Shown piece after piece: positions 11,601-23,112 of a stretch of DNA of 33,455 nt; the stretch's first letter is position 1, and each line of letters starts with the position of its first letter. The notes below the pieces were generated by a model. That model saw only the letters and a list, made by a program, of their open reading frames with translations, did no database searches and was not told where the DNA came from. Location: NCBI GenBank assembly GCA_943704425.1, contig CALSCP010000445.1:1-33455 (forward strand), written 5' to 3'. A program made the position numbers and the translations under genes. The DNA comes from Ministeria vibrans ATCC 50519. Its lineage: Eukaryota > Protista > Filasterea.

Positions 11601-14600
11601 TTCGACGGCAGATCGTTCCAGATCCGCGACAAATTTCAGACCAGTCACCGACATAGGGCGGGGTTTGCTCGAGCGCATGTTGCGGCGCACTGACGGGTCA
11701 TCCCCGGCGTCCTCAGACGAGTCGCTGCGGGTAGGCGGTGGGCGAGAAGTGGACGAGGCAACCGAGGAAGTCTCTTCAAGATTGAGCGAAGGTAGTATTG
11801 TCGGCTGAGTCGCTCTGCGCGCGGGAGGCTCAATCAAAGCGGGCGCACGACGAGGCGGCGGTGGCGAGAAATGCCCACTCTTGGTCGTAAATTTGGGCTT
11901 GTCCGCGACAACGGGAGGCCCTGTGGTGGAAGATGGCTCGGTGGCGATCGGGGAAGAGGCAGAGGTCGGCTCGGGAGTGGTTGGTGAGGCGTCATGAGGC
12001 GCAAATGAAGGCGTCTCCATGATGCTCTGGCGTTTGCGGACCTTCTCGAGAATGCGATCGCGTTCGTTTAGAGATTTCTCGACGCTGGAGCGACGGCGCT
12101 CCTCCTTTTTGAATGATGGCTCGCTACGTCGCACCCGTTCCTGCTCTTCGAGAAACTTGGCCGAGTCACGTCGTTCCATCTTCAACACGGGATCCTGTGA
12201 CAGCTGAAGAACAGCCATGCCGTCAACGGTGGGCGTGGAAACACTGTCGTTGGAAGTGCGACGCTCGGGTGTAAAGCTGCCTTCAACAAGATGCGTGGGT
12301 ACCGAAGAAGCGGGCAACTCGTCGGAAATGGAGTCGTCGGAGGCGACCGACTGAGTGCGCAGCTCGGAAATGCGACGACGGTGCTCAATCTCCATACGTT
12401 GTTGTTGGTTGGCAAGCTGTGCGCGTGCCTCGTCAGCCATCTCCTTCTCCTTAAGCAGCTGCGCACGGGCCACTTCCGAGTTGCGGGCGAGCTGCGCGAA
12501 ACGTTCCTCAGCGACTCGCTGGCGGTTGTCCAGGTCAGCACGCGCCGATGTGAGTTCGGTTTGGCGAGCGTCCGCCTCCGCACGCGCTGAAACAGCCTGT
12601 TCCGTCAGAAGACGAGCCGCCTCGACCTGCTTGGCGAGACGTTCCTCCTGCTCGACTCGTTGCGCCTCGACCAGTGCAAGACGTTCGTCGAGCAACGCGC
12701 GCATACGCTCCTCCTGATCAGAAGAAGCGCTCTCGGAGCGCAACTCGGCGGCGGCACGGCGCTCCGCATCCAATTCTTTCAGTTTCTCGTCGAGCCGCGA
12801 CTCGGCATCACGTCTCGCCTGCTCCGCATCCTGACGCTGTGCCTCGAGATTCACTGCAGCCTCGCGTGCTACTCGTTCCGCCTCGCTTCGAGCCTGCACC
12901 AACAGTTGCTGTTCAACACGCAAGGCGGCCGACTGGGCCTCCTCACGTGCCGCCTTGGTCGACGCTTCGCTAGCGAGCTGGAGGAAGCGCTCTCGTTCGC
13001 CCTTGAGCACCTGCTCGTCGGCCTGACGTTGCGCCGCCGACGATTTTTCACGTTCAAGACGCTCAAACTCGGCACGAAGAGCGTCACGCTCACGCTCAAG
13101 ATGACGTTCAGCCACCTCCTTCTCGCTCATCGTTGCCTCGACCAGGCGTTGTGCCTCAAGACGTTGCACTTCGACACGCTCGCGCTCGACCTTGAGACGC
13201 TCAAGTTCGTCGCGCACCGACACATCCTGAGCTTCCTTTTCCATTTCAAGCTTACGGCGCATCTCGGCCTCTTGCTCGGCAAGCGACGCTTGGCGACGCG
13301 TCAGCTCCGCCTCAAGACGCTCTTGCACAAGTCGTTCGACGCGTTCCTGCTCGTGCGCACGTTGATCGTCCGCCTCCTGTTTGTGACGCTGCTCCTCCTC
13401 CTCACGAGCGCGTTCCGCCTGCTCGCGTAGCTTGGTCTCGAGTCGCTCTTGCACGGCGCGTTCAATCGCTGCCAATTCCTCCTCGCGCTGCAAACGTTTG
13501 GCCTCCTCGTCGACACGCGCTCGTTCCTCCCGCTCGCGCTCCTCCTCCAGCCGATCCTGTACAAGTTTTTCGATACGCTCTGCATTCTCACGGTCACGTT
13601 GCTCCTGTTCCTTCTTCAGGCGCTCCGCTTCGTTTCGCATCGCTTCAATCTCGGCTGCCACACGTTCCTGCTCGCGGGCCAACCGCTCCTGTTCTTCGCG
13701 CTGACGTTCGCGGTGAGCCTCCTCAAGTTCGAGCACGCGTGCCGCTTCGCGTTCTTCCACCTCGCGCTTCACACGTTCTGCCTCTTTGCGGGCCTCCTCG
13801 AGTTCCTCGGCAAGACGACTTGACTCAAGTTGCTGACGCTGGCGCTCCTCGTCGAGTTCAACCTGACGCTTCTGCTCGAGCGCGGCCTTTTCCTCGCGCA
13901 GTCGCTCTTTCTCGGCTAGCTCCGCTGCCATGCGCAACTGAATCGCCTCCAACTCGGCCGCAAGTCGTTCCTGTTCCTACCACGACGGGCGAGAACAAAA
14001 AAAAAAAAAAAAAAAAAAAAAANNNNNNNNNNAAAAAAAAAAAGCCGCAATAAATAAGTACGCGGAACCTCAAAACCCCATTCACAACAACACATCACAG
14101 CAACAACCATAACAACAACAACAAAACACCCACTTGCCTTTTCGCGCTGCTGTCGTTCCTCGTCCTCTTTACGCCGGCGCTCGCGCTCCTCATCCTCACG
14201 TTTGAGACGTGCCTCCTCCTCTTGACGTGCTCGTTCGAGTTCCTCTCGCTTCAACTGCTGTTCCATTTCCCAGCGTCGACGCTCCTCCTCGGCACGACGG
14301 TCTTCCTCTTCGCGACGCAGCCGCTCCTCTTCGCGACGCTTCTTCTCCTCCTCCTCCTTGCGACGGAGGTCCTCCTCGATGCGTCGACGCTTCTCTTCCT
14401 CTTCGCGACGCCTCTGTTCACGCTCCTCGCGGCGTCGCTCCTCCTCTTCCTGTTCTTTGCGTTCGCGCTCCTCGCGTTCGCGTGCCTCGCGTTCCAGTCG
14501 CTCCTGTTCGCGTTGCTTACGCTCTTCCTCAAGACGACGCTTCTCCTCCATGCGCTCGCGTTGACGGCGCTCCTCCGCCTCCTTTTCAAGCTGACGTCGC

Positions 14601-16322
14601 TCGCGTTCTTCTTCGGCAAGCAGACGCTTCTCCTCCTCGAGACGCTCGCGTTCGGCCTCGCGGCGTTTGCGCTCAAGCTCCTCACGCTCGCGCTGTGCTT
14701 GTGCCTCGGCAGCGCGTGCTTCACGCTCACGACGCAATGTTTCGATGCGCTCCTCCTCAGCAGCTGCGGCTGCCTTGAGTTTGTTCTGGCGACGCTCTTC
14801 GGCGCGCTGCTCTTCGTTTGCTCGTTCGCGTGCGATGGCATCCTTGCGTTCGCGTTCAAGTTGTTTGCGTTTCTCACGGCGTTCGCGCTCTTTGCGAGCG
14901 CTGTCAGCATTCCAGCCGGGACGTGACACAGAAATAGTGTCAATGTCAGACTTGGGCAGTGCGATATTGGTCTTGGACGTGGAGCGAACAGTACCAGTAC
15001 GACGTTCACGCTCGCGACGAGCCGCCTCGGCATTGAAAGTGGGCGTGGCCGAGGGCGATGGGTCTTCGGCTGGCGACACAGCGTCCATGCTGCTGCCGGT
15101 GGTGGTGGTGATGGTGGTGGTGGTGGTGGTGGTGGCGTCGAGTGACTCGGAGCGCCCAGATGCACCCAACAAAGCCTGGTTGCGCTGCGAAGCGACCTCT
15201 TCGGGCGAGGTAAGGGGCGCCGTAAAAGGGCGTGGAGGGGAGTTATCATCGACGGTGTTGGTAGAAATGGCGACAGGTGGTGGTGGCGCCGCCATGGGGG
15301 GAGGCGGCAAGGGAGGTGCACTCGTCGGAGGCGGAGTGGGCACGGGAGGTGGTGGTGCGCTCATGGGTGGGGGCAGAGCTGGAGGCGCACTGTTGAGGAC
15401 TGGCGGTGGTGGTGGTGGAGCAGCACCGGTTGGAGGAGGTGCCTTCATTGGGATGGGCGGTGGTGGTACAGATGCATCGAGAGGTGCTGGCACTGGTGGA
15501 GGTGGAGCGGCCACGGGAGGAGGTGGAAGACTAGCTGGCAGCGGTGGAACGGGTGCGGAGAGAGGTGAAGGCAATGAGGGTGGCGGCGCAGAGGGGACCA
15601 CTGGCGACACTTCCTCTTCCTGTTGTTCCTGTTGTTCCTCCTGCTCCTCTTCCTGTTGCTCCTCCTGCTCCTCTTCCTCTTGTTCCTCCTGCTGCTCTTC
15701 CTCCTCCTCCTCCTCCTCTTCCGGTTGCTCCTCCTCATCCTCCTCATCTGAGGACACCTGGTTGAACATTTCCATGTAGCGACGCTGCTGGGCCGTCAGC
15801 GGTTTGGGCGATTCGGCCTCGGGCTCCGCTTCTTCAGTTGGTGGGTCGGGTGAGGGAGACTTGGCCGGCACAGCGGGAACGGTGGGTGGGGGAAGTGTCG
15901 GGGGAGGTCCTGGAGGGGGCATTGACGCAGGCAATGGCGGTGGTACAGTTGGCGGTGGTGCGCTTGTCACAGGCGGGGGCGGAGCAGACGTCAATGGCGG
16001 TGGCACGACTGGCGGTGGGCCGGATGGCGGCATAGACGGTGGCAGCGACGGAGGTAGTGAAGGCGGCAACGATGGCGGGGGACCAGGAGGCGGCATAGAA
16101 GCAGGTAAGGGCGGAGCAGGCGTCGAATCTGAGCAATCAACAATGCAGAAAAAAATATTATTATTAATGAAAAAAAGGAATCGATGGATTTGGCGTATGC
16201 GTAGAGATGCACGACGGTTATCGTCTGTTCTACCTAGTGCAGTGGGTGACGGATCCGTATCTGAGATGGACGCTGTGCAACAAAAGAGTTGATCAGAGGG
16301 AGAATTGTCAACAACCAAAAAG

Positions 16323-16364
<42 letters not shown>

Positions 16365-16849
16365 AATAATGATGAACTGCGCTCATGCCTACACCGTTGG
16401 TGGGACCACCATTCTTGTGACGGAGAGGGATATTCCGTCACGCGCTGTGCACGATCGTCCGGGGCAAACCCACACAGAGTCTCGAGTGGGTTGCAAAAAG
16501 GATCTTGGCATTTTTGTGACGACGCAAAACAAGGAAAAAAAAAAGAAGAAGAGGCGAGAAGGAGCAGAAAGAGAGAGGGGGGCGAGGGAGCGAGAAGGGC
16601 GTGGGGAGGATGCGGGTGGAGAAGAGGGTGATGGGAAGGGGCAGGGCGGAGAAGAGGGCAGTGCAGGGGAATCGTACAAGGACGCTTCTCTTTGCGAACC
16701 GACAGACGACGAGCTCGATCGAGTTTCCGCTTCAATCGCGTCTCTTCCGTTTCGATGACTTCGACGTCGCCTTCGGCCGCTCTCTCGAGCGCTTCAAGAC
16801 GAGCAAGTCCAGCAGCGCGTGCTGCTCGACGTGCTTCGGCGTCAGCCAT
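8631..16849 (-). CDS. ~2515-aa low-complexity protein with polyproline tracts, an acidic tract and long E/R/K/A charged helices (probably cytoskeletal). Exons 16849-16678, 16272-16234, 16128-14138, 13976-8631
   Basis: Two long ORFs join in phase through an AAG|GCAAGT...GTAG intron. The 5' exons were inferred from GT-AG sites and phase. No globular domain was recognised. Confidence 0.8.
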
Positions 16850-17197
16850 TTTCAAAAATAATTTTGTATTTTTGTTTATTGTGCTTTGGGTTTGATAATT
16901 GATTGCGATAAGAAGGGAATGATACCGTCTGCCCTGTCGCCAAGCAATAACACACTCAGATCGCCAAAGCGACAGCCTTATTGGTCAGTCTGTCTCTTGG
17001 AAGCAGACAGAGCCAACTGAACCGTCACGAGGTACGGAGGGTGTCGTCTCGCAATGGCAACAGCACGCCATTCACCTCCGAGAGTGCCTCGAGCTAGGAC
17101 GCCACGTTAACGGTATCTGTGACGGCAAGGAGCGTGAAGTGGACGTTGTTGAGTATGGCGATGTGTTGACGCTGTTGAAGCTGCAAGCGCTAAGTAG

Positions 17198-17383
17198 CGG
17201 ATTGGTGGTTGGGAGGCACAGGTGCCAAGGCTGGCTGGTCACGGTGGGCTGCAGTGTACGAACAGTGTACATGTGCTCCTGTACTGCAAACGGATTGGTG
17301 GTCGGAGGTACAGGACTACAGATGCCAATTGTGATATACATATGGCGGGTCACGGTGGCTGCAGCGTGCATGTGCTTCTGTAC
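17198..17383 (+). repeat. Two diverged direct repeats of ~90 nt
   Basis: CGGATTGGTGGT...GGTCACGGTGG(G)CTGCAG...CATGTGCT(C/T)CTGTAC at ~17198-17284 and ~17291-17383. Confidence 0.75.
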
Positions 17384-17760
17384 GTACCTGTGATTCCATT
17401 GTGATTGCAGGAGCAGGATGTTTGTTTCAGTTTGGTGCGCTTGTTGTTGTGATTATCTTTTCGTATGCGGAATCAATGTCATGCTGTACAATCAACAATG
17501 GGTATGGGCAGAGAAGCTATAAAAATTACAAAAGGGGGTGCAGGAGGGTGAGCCACTGAAAGTGTTCTTAACTCTTTTTGGTTCCAGTTTATTTAATTTA
17601 CTATGACTATAAATATAAAGGAGATGTATCCATTTCCATTTTCTCGCGCTCATTTTCCACGTTGTCGCACATCGACAAGGCTATCTCTCCATCACTTTGT
17701 TCGTTCTCTCTCTATCACTTTGTTACTTTCTTTCTCCTCTTCTCCTTCCTCCCTGTCTCC

Positions 17761-18663
17761 TCAAAAATCTGGCATTCTCCCGCCGGTTGTTCTGGCATCA
17801 GCCGACTTCTTTTGAGAAGCCCTCCGTTTGGCCTCTCTTCGTTGTGCCTCAACCACTTCGCGCATTTGCATTTCCTTCGCCAGTGCCAGATCGGGATCGT
17901 CGTCGTCGTTGCGAACCAAACTCTGCTTCGGAATACGCTCCGCTCTACCTCGTGCACCCTCCTGTGCAAGCGCCGTGTCCAGTGACATAGCATGTTTAGA
18001 CTGAGAATCACGCCCGTGTCTATCCGACGGACCACGGCGACTGTCACCATCACCAACATGAACACTGCCACTTCGCCCGATGTCGCCCTGAGTTGCACGG
18101 CGAACAACGTCTCCCCCATCACGAACAACACCAGTGGCACTCACAGCAGCAGCACCAGCACCAGCAGCAGAATCACCACCACCGTCCCGTCCCTTTTCAT
18201 CGCGTCGTGATGACCGCCGACCCGTGTCGCCCCTTCTATCCACTTCACTTGAACTGTGCCGTTGTTGACGTCGTCGCTGTCGCTTCTCCATTCTACAAAG
18301 ACGGTTGTGATGAGACACCCAAGCGTCCAACCGCCACAGCAGTGTACTCTTCTTCTTGAAGCTTTCGTGCCAGTGCAGCGTCCGCATCCTCACCTTGTTG
18401 CTCCTGCGTTAGAATGATACAAAACGGTTCATTATTTTGAGGACACAACACTTTTTCCAAACCTGTTCTCGATATAGCTCTCGGGCGAGAAGAGCGTCTT
18501 CGCGAGCCTTGGCAACCGATTCAGACGCACGAGCCTTTTCGCTGTCTTCTATTGACTGGGCAGCAAGAGAGTCCATCGAGAGGCCACGAAAGGTTTGGCG
18601 AACTCGTCGAACGTCAATGCTCTCTTCGACGACTCCGCTCACGTCGTACGGGTTGCTAGACAT
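17761..18663 (-). CDS. CCDC50/Ymer-like protein with MIU-like ubiquitin-binding helices. Exons 18663-18463, 18403-18348, 18292-17761
   Basis: N-terminal VRRVRQTFRGLSMDSLAAQSI, plus repeated helices EDALLARELYREQ, DADAALARKLQEEE and DPDLALAKEMQ. The 59- and 55-nt GT-AG introns restore frame. Confidence 0.65.
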
Positions 18664-18909
18664 GATTGCTAATAAATATACTCAAAAAAAAATGAAATTG
18701 AGAAGGCTGAAGCCTGAAGGACATTAGGACAGGCCGATAGAGCCGTCGTCAATGTGATCAGAGTTAGAGTGAAAAATAATTTATGTTAATCATTTTCTTC
18801 GTCGGTCGAAAATTCGAAGACGCAATCCGGTGTTCGACACTCTCGCGCGTCTGACTCTCGGTCCATCCATCAGTTCATCGAGTTTTGCTGCCGTCTTGTC
18901 GCTGGTGCG

Positions 18910-20205
18910 ATGCTTGCGTTGAATGTGCCCATTGGAAAGAACGACCTGTCCACTCACTTGCCTCAAGACCTTGTCAACGTCCACCAACGACTGGGCTACA
19001 CCGGCGTCGCTTTCAACTATGTAGTCAAAGACAAGCTGGTGCCCGAAGAGGCAGAAGTCCTTTCGTACGCAGAAAAAATCGAAATGCACGCCAACAGACA
19101 ACGCTCGTCCTGTCCTCGCTAGACCGCTTCTGGCAAAGCTAAAGGTTCCGCCAAGGATGCGAGTACTCTCCCGTGTCACCGTGGTTGTCAGCGACAAGAA
19201 GTTCACCTACCAGTTGGTACAGTCACGCTGATGTACAACACAGTGCGCAAGGAACTCACCCGCACACACGTAGGGTTTGAAAGGGGGAAGTTTTGGGTCG
19301 TTTGATGTTGTTGCAGTCCAACCGGAAAGCGAAGACGTCTTTCGTGCGTGTTGCACCACAGTACGCGCACGTTGTTCTTTGTGACAAAAAAACCTCACTC
19401 TTTTGGTGCGTCTGTTACAGCTTGAAATCGATGTCATTTCATTTGACTTTAGCAAACGGCACAGCTTCTACATTAAACGTCCCATGGCCAATGCAGCATT
19501 AGACAGAGGAATTGTGTTTGAAATTGTTTGTCGTGCAGCGTTCTTTGAAGGCAGTGCAAGGTATAGCAAAAACCCTCCCTCCCTTACCAACATAATAATA
19601 CGATAATAAAAATTAATGGAGAGAATCGAGAGCTGTACTTGTATGTGCAATGTCAAAAACTTAATAATAATAATTATTATTACGTCTTATTACAACTATT
19701 TTGTTTTTTTTTGCGTATATACAGACGGAACCTCATTATGAATGTATTGTCATTGTTGCACGCCACGCAAGGACGCAATGTATTTCTTTCGTGTGGTAGT
19801 CGCGAGCCCATCAACGTACGCAGTCCACACGATCTTGCAGCCATTGCGCGCCTCTTTGGACTCGATTCCGTAAGGCATTAGAGAGATTGAGAGAGAGAGA
19901 GAGTTCTTAATTTTTGAATGTAGACTGCTGCTCGCAAAGCCGTGACACTCAACTGCGCCGCCGTACTACAACATGCACAGACGCGTCGTGCAGTCAAGAG
20001 CACCATTGAAGTGGCGTGCGTCGAGACGGACCGCGTGAGCCGCGCAGTGCAGGCTGTCGGCTCCTCCCTCGCTGTGTCCACCGCCTCTCTTGCGCCCTTC
20101 TCCGTCGATGTCCTTCTCCAGCGCGCCCTTAAAACTGCGCCCACGGCTTTACCCAGTGCAACGACGAAGGAGAGCGGTGGAGTCGCCCCGATGTGTACAG
20201 AATAA
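18910..20205 (+). CDS. RPP30: RNase P/MRP subunit p30. Exons 18910-19064, 19123-19216, 19274-19360, 19421-19560, 19725-19869, 19924-20205
   Basis: LNV...RLGYTGVAFN, LSRVTVVV, FDVVAVQP, LEIDVISFD, ALDRGIVFEI, GRNVFLS, RSPHDL...LFGL, NCAAVL. Five in-phase GT-AG introns. Confidence 0.93.
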
Positions 20206-20341
20206 CCGAATCGTATCATATTCAAACCGTATACTAAAATTTAAATAAAACGCTACGTGCGAGTCAAAGAGAGTGAAGAAACGGAAAACAAGTAGAAATA
20301 GCACAGAGGAGGAATGTGATTACAGTATAGTTGTTAGTATA

Positions 20342-20640
20342 TTACAGGGAAAAGGGAGCATGAAGGTCGTAAAGGAGAAGGGCGGGGGTGTGTGGGGGCA
20401 GGGAGGGCTCAAGAGGGTCGCACACGCGAACACTAGAGTGCGCCGTGCTAGCCCAGCGGGTAAGCTCGCACTGCGCGACAATGTTGAGCACTTGAGCGGT
20501 GCCTGGGTAAACTACGAAGAATAGACAACAAAATCAGCATTAAAATGAAAATGAAATTATATATAGACAAACATTGACGACTGCAACAGCGATACATGTG
20601 TCAACGGCGGAACGTGCACCGATGGTGTGGNNNNNNNNNN

Positions 20641-20677
<37 letters not shown>

Positions 20678-21768
20678 TGAATTTTGTGCGTGTCGCGCGC
20701 GCGTGTGTGTGCGGTATGTCGAGTCGTGTCTCTCCAGTCGTACTGTAGTCGCGGGTGTAGAGGCCCTGGCGCGTCGTCACGGCGTTGATGAGAGAGGTGT
20801 CGTCGATGGTGCGCTCGCAGACGACGGTGAGCAAAGTAGACGCATTGACGACACAGGAAATCTCGTAGTGAGCCGTCTTTAGTGTGTGGCAGCAGATGGA
20901 CGGTTCGTGTTCTTGAAATGGCGTGCAGACGCCGCGCTGGACGGTCGTAAGGAAGAGGGCGCGTGAGAGCTCTGTAATAGGTAAGAGACGCTGTTCAAGC
21001 ACGCAGGGTACGCTGGAGAAGAGAGAAAAGTTGACGTCGCGAACGGTCTCGGTGAGCTGCCATGCATTGAAGGCAAGGGGAAACATGAGGTAGGCCAGGC
21101 TGCGTGTCGTGTCGGTGAGCACTGTCTCAATGTTGACGCGCTGGCGCAGCACAGGCGCACTCCAGTGCTGGTCGTCGGTCCACTCGACGCATTCACGATC
21201 TCGCTCACATGCCCCCAGACGATGTGTCACAAACAGATGAAGGTCCGACAGCGACGCAATCTTGGCGTGCCCGCGATCACCACGTTGTGTCAAGACTATG
21301 TCACACACACAGGGCGCCTGGACAGGGGTTGCACACAAAACTGGGACGAGCCCACCAGCGGCAAGAACAGTCGCACTCGTCGGCAGCATGTTGTTGTGCA
21401 GACTTGCCTCGGTCCACTGCCGACGCACGCGGCATACACTCACGTGCGAGAAACACCGACAAAAATCCTCAAAATTCATAAAGAATACCCCCTCATCATC
21501 GTGCTGATCGGTGCCCATCTGATGGCGCAGCAGCGGTGTCCACTGAGGCGCGGACGGGCCCCAGGCACCTCTCCACACGTGTCGGTCGCTTGCCCATGGG
21601 TTGCGCAAACGCACCAGGCGCACTGTCGCGTTGTAGGCGGTACGTAATGCCAGGATTGAATAAGCATGTCGGGCGACAAGTCCGGCGACGTCGGCGGGAC
21701 ACGAGGCAGTCAGAAGGAATCCACTGTCGAGCATAGAGACAAGACGAGTCCACAACATAACCCTGGCG

Positions 21769-21802
<34 letters not shown>

Positions 21803-22667
21803 TGCCACGTTGATCCGCGTCGATTCTATTGCTCATACCGCTCTTGATGCGGGTGTCTGCAACAGCAAGAGCGGCACCACCACCACCACCATCAGAGGAG
21901 GAGGAGAAGGAGGAAGGAGAACAAAAAGAGGAACGTAAATTAGAAGAGGAAGGAGCGCTGGAGTTGGTGGTGGTGGGTAGGTGTAAGCTGACGCTGACGC
22001 AAGGGAAGCCGGTGAGCATGGCGAGGCCGTCCTCGACGGAGCCCGCCTCAATGGCTGCATACGAACCGTGCACCTTGGCAATGGCCTTCTCCACAAGGGA
22101 TACCCACAGCTGCCGTCTACGACCACGCGAAAAGGCTAACTGGAACTTTGAAGTGCACGGTAGCCACGAATCCACCACCACTGTTTGCCATTGGCCGTCT
22201 TTGCAAATGCAAACACTGTACATCCCACTGCTGCCAACGCCGACGCCGCCAGCAGGGCTCCTTTCAAACTCCGTCGTGATCATGATACGGCGAATAAGTT
22301 CTTCGCGTTCAGCAAGCACCGCCAGTGCCGATAGGAGCCAGCAGTCGCCCAGGGCCCCCTGAACAATGTCGGAGGCGGTGGGTCGTTTGCAAAAAATCGT
22401 CCACGGCTCGCTCTCGCCGTCCTGAATATCCTCGGGACGTAGCCACACCTCTACCAAGTCTGTGCTTCCACCGGGCGTTCGCCCTAGCGATCGAGCCGAC
22501 GGCGGAAAGTCGTCGTCGTACTGTTGCGAGGGTGACGTCGTTGACAACGCATTGATAATGGTCCGCTGCTCTACCGGTGGCCGCGACGGTGCGGGGCGCC
22601 CACAAATTCGACACTGTCCATCCGTGTCGTGATTGAGTGCGTGGCATGCGCCAGGGCACGTCCACAT
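20342..22667 (-). CDS. CAPN15: Calpain-15 / small optic lobes (SOL) protease. Exons 22667-20744, 20511-20342
   Basis: N-terminal RanBP2-type finger (WTCPGAC...N...CRIC); catalytic triad QGALGDCWLL, HAYSIL, LRNPW; SOL-type C-terminus (TRDYIYP..AQVL...HTP...DLHAP). Confidence 0.9.
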
Positions 22668-23112
22668 GTTGTGATACTCGAGGGATGAAAAAATAATAAA
22701 AATAATAATATTATAAATAATAATAATTAATTATATAAAATAGTAAATTCCCCGCTCGCCCAACTCCAGCCTCGTGCTGGCAGAGCTTTATGAATTATGT
22801 CCCTTCCAAGATAACTAGGATCTAGTGTATCTGGACAATCTGGCGCCTGTCGCATCTCTTGTCTAGCCAACGTGTCTCCCCCTCATGCCCATTCTTGTGA
22901 ACGGATCTTTCGTTTCGATTAAATCGTATGAAGTTTGTATCAAAATGGGTTATATTCTTCGTCTTCTAATAGATTTCGCGTGGTGACTGTATCATTAATT
23001 AATGGGTTGTATTCTTCTTCTTCTTCTTCTAATAGACAACAATCTCTCTGCGGCATGGCTAGGTAGTGATACAATAAGTCGTTTGGTGTGACTCTACACT
23101 TATACAATGTGC

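Noticed and set aside
9040-16292. Many + strand ORFs of 100-370 aa
   Set aside because: They are antisense shadows of the GC-rich, low-complexity giant gene, with no independent motifs.
17347-17356. GGGTCACGGT shared with the retroelement junction at 32745
   Set aside because: It is a 10-mer with no extension, compatible with chance.
20590-20625. VPPLTH-encoding segment in the CAPN15 intron preceded by AC (possible AT-AC intron or alternative exon)
   Set aside because: There is no U12-type donor, and the canonical acceptor at 20512 already yields a complete SOL-type C-terminus.
22813-22836. CTAGGATCTAGTGTATCTG resembles part of U2 snRNA
   Set aside because: It lacks the GTAGTA branch-recognition sequence and the rest of U2.
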